The notes below the pieces were generated by a model. That model ran no database searches. It was not told the origin of the DNA and worked only from the letters and a program-made list of their open reading frames with translations. Below, one piece after another: positions 14,252 to 26,428 of a stretch of 64,000 bases of DNA. The stretch comes from Balanoglossus misakiensis (lineage: Eukaryota > Animalia > Hemichordata). Position 1 is the stretch's first letter. Every line of letters begins with the position of its first letter. Position numbers and translations under genes: made by a program. The stretch lies in assembly GCA_040954595.2 (NCBI GenBank), contig CM082598.2, forward strand, positions 5,099,097 to 5,163,096, given 5' to 3'.

Positions 14252-14274
14252 ATAGCCTCTACCATAATCAGTCT

Positions 14275-14451
14275 CTACCATTTATTCATTTAGGCGACTT
14301 TTTACTCACAAATCATACAAGAGGGAAAGAAGTCGTGTGTGGTCGAACGTTCATTCACTACATATACACATGTACATTGACATAAACCGTGTATTGTATC
14401 AAACACAATTAATGTACAAAATGCGGCGAGAGAGAGACTTTGTCCCTTTAA
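14275..14451. mobile_element. Right half of the AGGGACA-terminus TTAA MITE (family at 48300-48988)
   Basis: Ends in GCGAGAGAGAGACTTTGTCCCT-TTAA, as does the copy at 48960-48992. Internal similarity CATTTATTCATTT...GAACGTT. Confidence 0.75.
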
Positions 14452-15197
14452 GCTCTGGTGTTAAATATAAGTCATTCCTAAAAACTCGTGGAGACTTATT
14501 TGGGAAATAAACTCCCAAATTATCCTTTTAAATCACTTTTATTTCAGACAGACGTATCTTATAATTGTACAAAGATTACAAAATAATCTAAAGAAAGTCA
14601 CGGAAGTCTTTTTGTAACTTAATACATGTAGCAATTTTAACCTATATGATGCTGGGCTGACGAACAAAATACTTGGTATTTCACCATGTTTAGGGATTTA
14701 AACTTGATGATGGCATTTTATAGACTTTGTTTCTGTTAATTTACTTACACCTGTAACTGTACATGCTTTATAATTTTGTAAAGTTATATTAAATGGTGCT
14801 TGAAAATCAAAAATCTTCTTGTTTTTTTATTGAAAAATGGATACTAGTATACCTCGTCATCAAACCATGGCAGAAGCTTGCCATTGTTGAAATGCATTTC
14901 CTTGCCGAAGGGCTCGTTTCCTGTTATGTTTCTATCACCTTCAGTCGCCACTTAAAGCATGTTGGAATAGCGCTGGAACAGCATCTTGAGTTTAATTGAC
15001 AGATGCTAGACAACAACAGCCTTTACACATCGTGTCTCGAGGATGCAACTGGGTTATGAAACTGTGACGTCAGCATACGTGTCGCCAAACCAGGGCTTTT
15101 GGTCAATACTAGCCACAATATGTGACTGTGATTAAGAGACGGAGTTTTGCCGCAGCCGCCGAATCAAGTCAACGATCGCACCGTTGGTACAAAGAAG

Positions 15198-16391
15198 ATG
15201 GACGCTCTCGCAAATATAACAGGGAATGTTGTGTGCGTCCCAGACTTCAAGATCGCTGCGTGGAAACCAATGATCCACGCCCTGTTCATAGGTCTGTCCT
15301 CGTTGGCCGGCACATTTGGTAACGTGTTTGTTATTCTATCCATCTGCCTGTTTTACAAGAATTCGTTGGCGAAGAAACCGCTGACCGTGTTTCTGGGCAA
15401 CCTAGCCGTGGTCGATCTGATCACCTCGGTGCTGTACGAACCGTTTCTCGTGGTCTCCATTTTGACCAACAGGTGGCCGTTCACTTCTGCGTTCTGTGTC
15501 ACCCAGGCCGCTTTGATAAGTGTCGCCATCGGGGTGTCGTTCTTCACCCAGGCGGCCATCGCTCTCTACAGTCTCTGCAACGTCTATTTCAAGAATGAAC
15601 GGTTCCAAAAACACTTCAGTAAACGTCGGGCGGTTGTCGCCTGCGGCGTCATGTGGTTGCTGTCGGTGTTTGTGGTCAGCCTAAACTTCGCGAACGGCAC
15701 CGTTCTGTACGACTACCGCATTGGCGAATGTATTGATTTCAGCCCTGTCGCTTGGCAGAACATTCTTCTGACAGCCAGCGTGGTCATCACTCCGTCGCTC
15801 GTCATCATAGTCTCGTACACCATGATCTACCTGCATCTTTGTTTGCATTTTCGAAGATTTCGCAATCGCACAGCGCCGCTTGCTACTACCCTCCCGGCGA
15901 ACAGCTCCGCAATCAGCAGCCAACACCGACGACGCGCCAAAGTTGTAGCGAAGAACTGCGCCATGCTGGCGGCGGCTTTCTACATTTGCTACCTCCCCTC
16001 CGTGATCATCATGTACCTGGGTGAAGATTGCTACAGTGTCCCCTACGAGGGTTACATTCTCTGCTCCATTGTATTCTACAGTGGCTTCTCCATCACCCCT
16101 TTCGTGTACTCGTGGAAGAATCCGAAATTCCGCGCCGGGGTGGCGGCGATTCTGCGGTGCCGAATTCACCAACACAAAATGTACCTAGCGGGAGCGTCGC
16201 CTGCACCCGATGCGCCGAGAACCAAGAAAACAAGAAGTTCGCGCGCTCAACAGGCTTTGCAACCGAGAGAAAAGCTTGAAGTTCCCCAAATCGCCGACGA
16301 CCGAGTCCAAAGTCTGCTCAAAGACTCTGGAGGACCAGGGAAGAGTCTAAACACACCAATCAGCGGCAAGGTAGAGGAAACTAGTTTGTAA
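15198..16391 (+). CDS. Intronless orphan class A (rhodopsin-like) GPCR, ~397 aa from the ATG at 15198
   Basis: Seven hydrophobic segments with TM1 GN, TM2 FLGNLAVVDL, ECL1 WPF...C, TM4 W, TM5 P..IIVSY..IY, TM6 FYICYLP, TM7 TPFVY and helix 8 NPKFR. Confidence 0.9.
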   Translation: MDALANITGNVVCVPDFKIAAWKPMIHALFIGLSSLAGTFGNVFVILSICLFYKNSLAKKPLTVFLGNLAVVDLITSVLYEPFLVVSILTNRWPFTSAFCVTQAALISVAIGVSFFTQAAIALYSLCNVYFKNERFQKHFSKRRAVVACGVMWLLSVFVVSLNFANGTVLYDYRIGECIDFSPVAWQNILLTASVVITPSLVIIVSYTMIYLHLCLHFRRFRNRTAPLATTLPANSSAISSQHRRRAKVVAKNCAMLAAAFYICYLPSVIIMYLGEDCYSVPYEGYILCSIVFYSGFSITPFVYSWKNPKFRAGVAAILRCRIHQHKMYLAGASPAPDAPRTKKTRSSRAQQALQPREKLEVPQIADDRVQSLLKDSGGPGKSLNTPISGKVEETSL

Positions 16392-16844
16392 ATTCATGCA
16401 TTTTGCTCTTATGTGTATATCAAATTAACGTTAAAGCCTCCAGAGCTGCCACTTTTTGCATTATTTTCATGATTTTATTTTCCAACTTATATTGGTGGCA
16501 ATTTGAAAAAGTCATATATTAAACAAGTGTCACACTTTCAGTCTTTATCTAACAATGTGAGTATATGTAATCTAGCTGACAATCCTACAAACCTATATGA
16601 TATGATTTGTTATAATTATTCAAATAAAATTAAGGTCATTTCAAAATTTATCAATTACTGGAAATGATATTTTTATAGGTATAAATATTAAGGAATAAAG
16701 AGTATATTATTTGTCGAAAAAGTACATGTATTTGTAGTAATACTCTTTTAGGCTTTTTAGATTTTCCTTGAGATTTTTTGTGTGTGTAAGCATGTAAGTT
16801 GATATATAACATATAAGAGGAGTTAAAGGATTTTTATACAAAGG

Positions 16845-16848
<4 letters not shown>

Positions 16849-16927
<79 letters not shown>
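16849..16927. repeat. (ATC)n microsatellite
   Basis: Direct reading. Confidence 0.97.
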
Positions 16928-17407
16928 ACAACAACACCATGCTATACGAAAGAAAAATTTAATTTACAAGTATACACCTCAAAGTGCGTTCCATTAATTT
17001 TACTTGAACCACACGACACAGCAGGCAATGCAATGTTTTCAGCAAAAGATGAAACCCAAGCTGTTGATATTGTTTGAAGATAAGGAACATAATTGACACA
17101 TATAATATAAAATTGTTTAATTTTTTATCATTATTGGTAAGAAGACATAATTCGCTTTTTAAAGTGTGAATATACTTTCCAACTTTGGAGAGAAGTTGTA
17201 TTGACTTTACATAGTTATTCCTAGATTCTATACATTCTAAGTCAGTTTTGCAAACGTACTTCAGTACTGTAACTTTATCAATTTAAACCATGACGTTGAT
17301 TGTTAATTCTATGTTATATTTCAAAAGAATGAATCAGACACTGTTTTTAACATTTTATTGACCTTTTACCTTTAGTGATTTTCTTGCTGTGTTTCGTATC
17401 ATTGCTA

Positions 17408-17489
17408 CTTAACTTAACTTAACTTAACTTAACTTAACTTAACTTAACTTAACTTAACTTAACTTAACTTAACTTAACTTACTTAACTT
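17408..17489. repeat. (CTTAA)n pentanucleotide microsatellite
   Basis: Direct reading. Confidence 0.95.
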
Positions 17490-18045
17490 TTAATTGTTAT
17501 ATATCACACTACCACACGGCATGCTGATTAGACGTAAGCTTCATCTAGCATGTAACAGGGTGATGTGCGGTGAAAAAAATAAATGTTATGAAACACTTCA
17601 GTTTATGGACGTTTTATTTTAGAACTGCTCTATGGAAAAAATTGGCACATTGTCATGCGTGATGACTGTCTTGTCAGTTTTTGTCGTTTGTTTGTGCTAC
17701 GTGTCGTGAATTGTACCCAAATCTCGCGTATACATGCTTGCAGCGGGGTTAGGTAACACTCAGGCTAATTCAACATCCAAAATTAAATGAAGTAATGCTC
17801 TACACGAAAATGGCTTACATGGTATCCATCCATCCATCTTTCCAACCCATCCAGCCAAATAGAAAATAAACAGCAACTTAGTTAAGATGTATTTGTAGGT
17901 ATGTGCAAAAAGCAACAACTAATACACCACATAATCATGAGTAATAAAATTCCCACCTGTCTAGCCAAACTACTTGTTTATATTGTACATTGTATATATT
18001 TTGCTGGCTGCAAGCTGGGTCAATCCAAAATCTTAGCTACATTGT

Positions 18046-19638
18046 CTATTGCTGTTGGCTTGTTTTGATCCCAAGAGGTACATATTCATCCCAATTGTAG
18101 CACCTCAGGTGGTTCTTAAACAGCGAGTGCGTCATCCAACGATAAAAATTGGCGGGCTCCCGAAACTGTTGTCTGAAGTCTCCGTGTTTGTCGTATTCTC
18201 TCCTGACGTGAAAGGCCGAGAAGTCGGAGCAGGTGCCAACCCTCAGTTTCCCCAGACCATCCCAGAAAAATTCGTGGTGCCCAAACCGCTCCAGCTCCGG
18301 AGCGAACCCGACGCGCCTGACGGAGAGCGTCTTGGCCATGAAGAAGTTTATGACCTCGTCTGCCATGCGGCAGGACGACGACCCCTTCAGAGGATAGCGC
18401 CCGGTTCGACGTTCCAGACAATAACCCCGGCGTGAGTACTCCCGGAAGAGAATATTGTCGTAGTTCTGGTCCAGTAGGGAATTTTCAGAGGCAACCAGTC
18501 CACTCACTATGTCTAGCCGCCACTTTTTGTTTTCCAGCTTGGCTAGCATCCGCTCTAAAGATGTGTGTTTAGTGAAAACAAAATCATCATCAATCCACAG
18601 GAAGTATTCTGTTTCTACTTGGCTAACCAGTAGATTTCTTCCCGCAAACCAACCCTCACCAAACGGCATCATATAATGGTAAACCCCGGGAAAATCCAGC
18701 GTCTCTTTCGCTTCAGAGTCGTCCGCTACGAGTACGGTTACATTGGGATAATAGTGACGTATGCTTTGTATGAGCGTCCTGACAGCTTCGTACCGTTCAA
18801 ATGTCTTTGTCACTACGGTTACCTTTTCAGAAATATCACCTGTCGAAATGTGGTTGAAAAGTCTGGGAAATGGTTCCCGTTGTATGTGCACATTTATTAT
18901 GGCTTTGAACGCCATTAGTCTCACTAAGACAACATCTTGTGAATGGACGTCATACTTTGTACTTGTGTACGTTATGGCTGACAGGACCGCGTTTGCTTCC
19001 TCGTTGTTCATACCAGGGCGAAAAGTTACGAACAAACTGACACTTCCGTTTCCGGTAAGGGTCACGTGATCCCGACTGTTGCGCAGGCCCAGCACGCCGC
19101 GGTGTCCCTCGGATGTGAATGACAACGTGAATTCAGAGTCACGGAGGAGATTTTCCCAAAACGGCCGGCTGAACGACAGCCCGAGTAGTCCCACTGAACG
19201 AAGCGGTTCGACTGTGATTCCATTTCCGGGGAAGGTCAGGGGTGAAAGGGCAGGGCACAGTGCCATCGGCCATTTTGTCGAGTCCGCCAACTTTTGAAAT
19301 TCTTCCCACTGAACTTGCCGCCTGGCCAGCATGACGTCACGATCAATCTGCCAAATGTAACTGTCCTCATGTCGTATGCATTGACAAGTGTTCCTCTGCT
19401 CTGTGTAGTCATCAAAAGCCAGGGTGTCACCATTGGTTATACGGTTTAACACCGTCTTCAATACTTTACCTAGGAATGTGTGGTGTACACTTTGCTCATT
19501 AGAGTGATGAGGTAAAGCGACTAAATTTGGCTGCACAGTCAGAAAAAGTATCTTCTGGTTTAATGCCATCAGTGTTAGCATAAATAGGACCATTAGAGAG
19601 AGCAGACCTCGTTTTCTTGTCCCCACGTAGGAAAGCAT
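18046..19638 (-). CDS. Beta-1,4-N-acetylgalactosaminyltransferase 1/2-like (GM2/Sd(a) synthase family), single coding exon, ~530 aa
   Basis: Type II membrane anchor after MLSYVGTRKR. Motifs VTVVTKTFERY, VTVLVADDS, MPFGEGWFAGRNLLVSQVETEYFLWIDDDFVF, VINFFMAKT..VRRVGF.P.L and HHEFFWDGLGKLRVGTCSD. The ATG at 19638 is preferred over the ORF-track start. Confidence 0.9.
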   Translation of the reverse strand: MLSYVGTRKRGLLSLMVLFMLTLMALNQKILFLTVQPNLVALPHHSNEQSVHHTFLGKVLKTVLNRITNGDTLAFDDYTEQRNTCQCIRHEDSYIWQIDRDVMLARRQVQWEEFQKLADSTKWPMALCPALSPLTFPGNGITVEPLRSVGLLGLSFSRPFWENLLRDSEFTLSFTSEGHRGVLGLRNSRDHVTLTGNGSVSLFVTFRPGMNNEEANAVLSAITYTSTKYDVHSQDVVLVRLMAFKAIINVHIQREPFPRLFNHISTGDISEKVTVVTKTFERYEAVRTLIQSIRHYYPNVTVLVADDSEAKETLDFPGVYHYMMPFGEGWFAGRNLLVSQVETEYFLWIDDDFVFTKHTSLERMLAKLENKKWRLDIVSGLVASENSLLDQNYDNILFREYSRRGYCLERRTGRYPLKGSSSCRMADEVINFFMAKTLSVRRVGFAPELERFGHHEFFWDGLGKLRVGTCSDFSAFHVRREYDKHGDFRQQFREPANFYRWMTHSLFKNHLRCYNWDEYVPLGIKTSQQQ

Positions 19639-20975
19639 GATTGAACGTTCGCTGCGTACGACCACTGAAACTACAGTAACAATAATAATAATGGTAATAA
19701 TTATATATAACAATAAATATATAATAATACATGACAATAGGCGCCATCGTTTTTTATGAGGAACAGCAAAGTGTTATTCATCCAGCCTTTTCAAGTCAGT
19801 TTATCCTTGATCTGTGAAACCGTGAACCGTTCATGGTATGCACGATATGATTAAATTTCTTGTCGAAAATTTGGAAATATTCAGGAGTTGAAAAATCAAC
19901 TAGCAATAAACGTGCGGGGTTGGCTTCAAATGGACACATCAACCAAGTTAATGAGTGTTGGAGGCAGGGCTGTTACAGTTGTGTCTACACAGCCTTTTAC
20001 ATGCCTTGTGTGATAAAGGACACATCCGTGTGTGAATGCCATATATTTTGACACAGCTGTTAGTGTGAAATTTGTTTAGGCTAATAAATTCTGGGTATGT
20101 ATTTCCAACAGGACAATCGTATGGATAAAGAGAAATATTTTCTCCCAGTCTTCACTTCAATGGACAACGGGAGGGCCTCTGGCAGAGCTAAGGACCGTGG
20201 ATAGACACATGGATAGTCTTTAAACCCATCCTTTCCATCATATAAGTTAATACATACCTCCTGGAGAGTTACCCTGGACCACAAATGAGGTGTCAAGCGC
20301 CGTGTGACGTCACAATACATTGTTTAAGAGTCCTCCAGGTTGATTGCTGGGTTGTACCATTTGTGGTCCGGGGTGTTTAATGGCGGCAGGGGTCCTTTAT
20401 TTGAGGTGGTTGGAACTGGGAATATACGGCAGACACAAAATTATTGCTTCCATCAAAAAATGAAAATATGACAATTTTTCGACTTTGGTGTTCTCTGGGC
20501 TTTGCTGTTATCCGGTAAATTAAAGACGTCTGGCTGTAATGTTTTGTTAATATTTTGTAAGCATGTATAACTAACCATATTTATTGCACTACTGGGCCTT
20601 TGGTTTATTAACAGCATTAGTGTCCAATGTTAATTTCCCCCCCCCCCCCAAACAACAACAAAAACAACAGGTTTGTGTGAACCATACCAAAACGCCGCTT
20701 CAAAGTGACACTGAGGGGAATTTGCTATAACAACGGTTGAATGAAAAATATGTCTTTTTAGCCCCCCCCCCCCCTGCCTCATGCTGTAGCCCCGATGTCA
20801 AATGGTCTGTCCCTTGTGTGCTGAACGAACTCATTTGTCACCCCAGATGTTACATGAATGTTTCAACGGAGGTTTTGACCTGTTGCGTCTATTTTGCGCT
20901 CTGCTCAATGGCCGTTGTGATTTTCTTCTCTGGGGTCCACGGTCTTCGTAACCTTCCAATTCTTGACTATATTAA

Positions 20976-21161
20976 AGGTATACGGTCACCTATGCAAATA
21001 TAGCTATAGTTACCATGGCAAATTATAATCTAGCCAATCACAGATTTTCAGTGGGTGGCACACACGCGAAAAAAGAGCGTCACCATATGTTCTTTAAAAC
21101 ACTCAAATACGCCATTTTAGCCATATATGGGCGTATGTTAATTGGAGGTGACTGTATACCT
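20976..21161 (+). mobile_element. ~186-bp Kolobok/T2-like MITE (AGGTATAC termini, TTAA TSD), copy 1
   Basis: TTAA-AGGTATACGGTCACC...GGTGACTGTATACCT-TTAA. Homologous copies at 28780-28964 and 36340-36528, and a partial copy at 55316. Confidence 0.88.
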
Positions 21162-21239
21162 TTAACACATGTCGGGAGTCTTTGTGAAAATAAAGAAGAA
21201 AAGTAGGTGTCCACCGTCTGGTTATCATGAAAATCGCTG

Positions 21240-21440
21240 CTTTAAATTTTTCTCCATAGACTGAGCACAGAGATTGGCAGCCATGTTGAAATTCGTGCTT
21301 GAGACAATTGTGTTCTATTATTCAACATTTTGCAAGGTGACACCTTATTCTCAAAGTTTAAGAGACAATAATAGCAAGTTTTTTTTGCAAAATATAAGAG
21401 AAATTTAAGCCTATTATTTTCCAGGCGCAATCTACTTTAA
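21240..21440. repeat. Dispersed repeat fragment, related to ~26930-27100 (inverted) and ~54700-54920
   Basis: Shared core CACAGAGATTGGCAGCCAT(G/T)TTGAA...TTGAGACAA...ATTCTCA. The 21440 copy ends in CTACT-TTAA. Confidence 0.5.
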
Positions 21441-21761
21441 AGACATTTTGCTTAAATTTCGAAAACACAGTCTTAAACATACTGACAGATAAAATATACA
21501 TACTGATAAAGCATACTGATAAAATATGTTTCATGACGCAGTCAAATACACGTGATGTCAGTGAATATTGATTATTTTAGAGAAAGTCGACAATGTCAAA
21601 GTATTGGTTTCCTCGCTGTTTCGATCGTTCTTCGCTAAGTCCAGAAGACTTCTGAAGGATAGTAGAAACTCTTTTGTTTTTTTTATTGATTTTTGTCTTT
21701 CTTTCTTCAAAAATACAATGCTGAATCCTCCCCTAATAGTGCGAGACGACATCCTGACAAG

Positions 21762-23251
21762 ATGGCGTCCAAAACTGTCCTCTTCACTCTCTGTTTCTGG
21801 TGTGTATTTGTTGAAAATTACACTGTCGTTCGCGCTAGTCGGCTGGTGTACGACACCCCGTGCTACAAGTCCGGCTACTCTTCGGCGACTACCGGCTACG
21901 AGATGCAAGATCTCAACGACGGCGACTTTCTGGTACTGGACGACATTACGTCACAGAATGTGTGTCTCGACCACTGCCTGCTGACAGACTGGTGCATGTC
22001 GGTAAACTACAGGAAAAACACCAAAGTCTGCCAGTTAAACGCGCACGACAGGCTAAGTTCATCGAGCAACTTTCAGCAAAGTTTTGGCTGGGTGTATGCT
22101 GACTTTCGACACGGAGTACAAGGAGAGGTATGATTTATAAACTTATGGGGCTACCAGCAATAGTCTTGTGGATTTCATGTGTTTACTAGCAGCACATCAT
22201 GCTATGTTCCTAGTATTTATGTTGTGAGTACAGATTAAAGAAAACAAAATGCTATAACATGGAGGCACCATCAGCTGTGGTTTTTCTATGTTTTCTAGTT
22301 AAAATAAAAAATCAAGCACTTAGCTTATCAACACAGCCTATTTGTGTATAGTCAAAATTGTTATGTGGCAAAAACTGAGCTCAAGTGCGGACTATTATTA
22401 ATTTATCAAAAATAGCAGTTGTCGTTACAATCACACACACACAACACACATACAGAAGCTATATATTGACTAGCGGAGTATCGGGTAAGTAAGCATGCTG
22501 TTCTGAATGCAACAAGAACCTTGCATTTAATACAGTGAATACAAAATGCAGGAAATAGAGCTGAAGGATTCAGATAATACCCCTTGGTGTTTAACAGACT
22601 GTATACACATACAAGTAGTGTTGATTAGCGACGTCTTTTCATTCGTAGTCTGCCCCGGGCAGGAGGAAGACATGAGACGCACCAAGGCGAGCTGTTTTTA
22701 ATATCAAAATGCATAAACACCACCCTGAAACACAGCCTAGAGAAGAAACAAAAACATGTCATGACTTCCGTCTCTTAATATTAAAGTTCACTTTATATGT
22801 CAGAGTTCTCTCAAATCGTTGTTCCCGCCAGCCATGTTGTTCAGCGCAACCCGCGACAAAGTGTCGGATTTTCATTTGACGGATATGAAAAAAAAACATC
22901 AAGGCGACAAATTCGAAAACTATCACAGGGAGCTCTTCCTCCTTGCTTGTAGTGTGTATGTTTGTTTGTTATTCATTTACATAATAAACAAAAATATTCG
23001 TTTATTTATTTACAATACGGTCACGCTTGTTGGTTGTTGACAGGTTAATATTCAAGGTAAGGGTAAGGGTAAGGGTTATATTTGGTGTTATGCTTAGAAT
23101 TTAGGTTCATTCACTCCGAGTCCCTATATATATATAGGGAATGAGTAATGCTGTGGTGCGAATGAAGCATAACCCAATTACCCTAAACCGTTGAATACTT
23201 GTGTATCTTAACCCTAACATGTCAACAAACAAACAAACGTGACCATATTTG

Positions 23252-23310
<59 letters not shown>

Positions 23311-23538
23311 AATAAATAAATACATACATACATACATACATACATACATACATAGATACATACATACATACATGTACATACATACATACATACATACATA
23401 CATACATACATACATACATACATACATACATACATACATACATACATACATACATACATACAAACATACATACATACATACATACATACATACATACATA
23501 CATACATACATACATACATACATACATAAATAAATATA

Positions 23539-23601
<63 letters not shown>

Positions 23602-26160
23602 ATACAGATTTTTGTTTCTTATATCAAACAATATCGAACATACACACTCCAAACAAAGAGAAAGGGCTCCCTTTGACAGTATACGCGAAATGCGATTGTA
23701 TGGAAAATGCCGAAAGCTAAAAGGGACGAATGATTATTGAGCACACACCGTTTTTTTTCATTTTCAGAAATACCTCGGGCCGTGTGCATCATCGCCTTGT
23801 CTGAATGGAGGCAGTTGTCATGTTGACTGTCTGAACACCACCACGTTTGACTGTCTCTGCCCGCCGTTTTACGGAGGGGATCGGTGCGAAAGTTGTAAGT
23901 GCTATCGCGCATGTGTACAGTGAAACCTGTCAGACTGTAACAGTCAGAGGTGTCATCAGTAGACATGTTTCACTACATGTGTATGTCAGACAAAGTGATA
24001 TATAGACACATAGAAAGATCAATATTGAATTAAATTATGGACCAACTGGCAGAAAGACAGACAGATAGAGCTAATTTTATGATCAATTTTAGCAGGTTAT
24101 ATTATTACATTTATAAACTTGTGTACAAGTGTAGTCAGATGCAGCCCGGTTTTGTATAACTCTGTATTTACTATTGTAACACGTTTACTGTAGCGACTTA
24201 TCTTCATGTGCCAACAATTGCTATCTCATACTGAAAATGAGTATTTTTACAAATCATCTTGCAGTGACAATGTATCCAATCGGACTGTGGCCACTGAACG
24301 CTGCTGACGGCTCGAAGGACGCGACCGAGTACGGGAACCATGGAAGCTTAACCGGGGCCTCGTTGACTACAGGGCCGAAGGGGGAAAGCCAGGGGGCGTA
24401 CTACTTCTCGGGGAGCTCTGGCTCTTACATGGAGATCTCTAACGATGGCTCGCTGGATACCGAGTACTCGATCACCATGCTGGCCTGGGTGTACCCGGAG
24501 GCCAACGACGGTCCCATCTTCCACTATTATCCGTCGAGCTGGGGGGTCTACTTGTGGCAGGAGTCCGGGAGCACCATCACCGCCCAGTTCGTCTTCCGGG
24601 ACGGAGCCACGCCCTCCAATCTGTACGGCACCGACGTTCTGACCCTGAACGCCTGGAACTACGTTGGCGCAAGCTACGACTACAACACGGGCCTGGCCAA
24701 GCTGTGGTACGACGGACAGGAAGTCGACTCACTGGACATCGGAATTAAAACCCTCCGCACGAATTACAACATCCGGGTAGGCTACCAAGGTGCTGATAAC
24801 CGAATATTCAGAGGACGGGTGTCTTGTTTGCAGCTTTACGACCGAGCGCTCACTAGTGATGAAATTCTGTCCGTGAAAGACTGTCCGGCACCAGGTAAAT
24901 ATGAGACCAAGATGTTTGTCCAGTTTTTGATATCTAAGCCTATAAATACACCCCTGCTACGCGACTCCGTCCCAAATGTTGTTCTATCGGTTGTGACGAC
25001 ATGAGTCATATAATATCTGCCATGATGCCCTCAGGCGATGCCTATAGAGTACATGTAAACTCTGTCAAAGGCTCTACAACTTGAAGTTCTTTTGTGATCC
25101 GGATACTTTTGTGCATTATTTGAATATAGCGGGAGTAATGTTTGTAACAAGCTTGTAGGTCTAATACATGAATCTATTGGGTCTATAAATTACAAATTAA
25201 GTGAACAACCTGTGTGGGTCATATGATCGGGAGGGGTACTGTATATACTATGATGGGACGAGTACTGTATTTACGGTGCTGGTCCAAATTCATAATACAT
25301 TTAGTCCAAGTAGGCCTACATGTTTTCTTATGAAAGCAGAGATTTGTTTTCAAGAATGTTGTATTGATTTCATGCTAACCTATCATAACCTTCATTTCTT
25401 TAATTTTAGTGACAAAGCACCTGGTTGGGCTGTGGCCGTTGAACGGTGCATACGGCTCGAAGGACGCAACGGAACACCGCAGCGACGGGAGTTTCACCGG
25501 AGCCTCCTTGACGAGCGGTCCGAACGGCGAAAGCGAGGGAGCGTACTACTTCGCGGGCACCACCGGTTCGTATATGGTTATCCCGAACGACGGCACACTG
25601 AACGTGCAGTACTCCATGACCGTCCTGGCGTGGGTGTACCCGGAGGCGACCGACGGGCCGATCTTCCACTTCTCCCCGTCGGGCTGGAAGGTGGCTCTGT
25701 GGCAGTCCAGCAGCACGGTGCTCTCCGCGCGCTTCTACTTCCAAGACGGCTCGAACTACGCCGAGGTGACGGCCGACTCCCTGTCCACCGACACGTGGAA
25801 CTACGTGGGCGCGTCGTACAACTACAACACCGGCTTGGCCAAGTTGTGGGTCGGCGGCCAAGTGGTTAAGAGCCAAGACATCGGAATCAAGGCCCTCAGC
25901 ACAAACTACGACATACGCGTGGGCTATCAGGGCTCCGACCAGAATAATATCTACCGGGGCAGTATCTCCTGTCTGCAGCTCTACAGTCGCGAACTCTCGG
26001 CGGCAGAGGTCATGTCTGTGAAAAACTGCCCAATACCAGGTAAACAAAACTACAGGTTTAAGTATGGTGTCCCAATCACCATTTACACAGTCCTGTTTGC
26101 TATTGAAGTGCAACATCCCTCTCTCTCTTTCTCTACCCCTGTCTGTATCTATCTGTTTGC

Positions 26161-26193
<33 letters not shown>

Positions 26194-26428
26194 TGTATGT
26201 ATGTATGTATGTATGTATGTATGTATGTATGTATGTATGTATGTATGTATGTATGTATGTATGTATGTATGTATGTATGTATGTATGTATGTATGTATGT
26301 ATGTATGTATGTATGTATGTATGTATGTATGTATGTATGTATGTATGTATGTATGTATGCAGATTTGGAGCAGGTGCATGGCAAAGTATTGCATGTTAAC
26401 ATGTGTGCTTTTTGTTCTTGCAGGTTGA
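21762..26428 (+). CDS. Secreted PAN/Apple + EGF + 2x LamG/pentraxin-like protein, 5 exons (21762-22127, 23768-23894, 24265-24894, 25410-26039, 26424-26428), 585 aa
   Basis: Signal-like N-terminus. PAN motif CLDHCLLTDWCMSVNY...CQLN. EGF PCASSPCLNGGSC...CLCPPFYGGDRCE. Two LamG-like exons (GLWPLN...T.LAWVYP...WNYVGASY...G.(V/I)SCLQLY.R.L). Phases 0, 1, 1, 1. AATAAA at ~26758. Confidence 0.88.
23252..23603. repeat. Compound (TAAA)n-(TACA)n-(TAAA)n microsatellite
   Basis: Direct reading. Confidence 0.97.
26164..26359. repeat. (TATG)n microsatellite
   Basis: Direct reading. Lies in the last intron of the PAN-EGF-LamG gene. Confidence 0.97.

Noticed and set aside
15198-16391. GPCR as an opsin
   Set aside because: Position 7.43 is Tyr, not the retinal-binding Lys.
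16707-16940. Poly-Met ORF
   Set aside because: Translation of the (ATC)n microsatellite on the minus strand.
23055-23220. GGGTAA/CCCTAA motifs as interstitial telomere
   Set aside because: Only a few degenerate units, mostly GTAAGG rather than TTAGGG.
23107-23652. MYVC/HTYI/IYLF-repeat ORFs here and at 26064-26469, 27915-28534, 29496-29784 and 63350-63771, plus the HSLT-repeat ORFs at 61097-61550
   Set aside because: Stop-free translations of tetranucleotide microsatellites.
26040-26423. Read-through of the second LamG ORF into a repetitive tail
   Set aside because: The donor at 26040 and acceptor at 26423 remove it, mirroring the donor of the paralogous exon.
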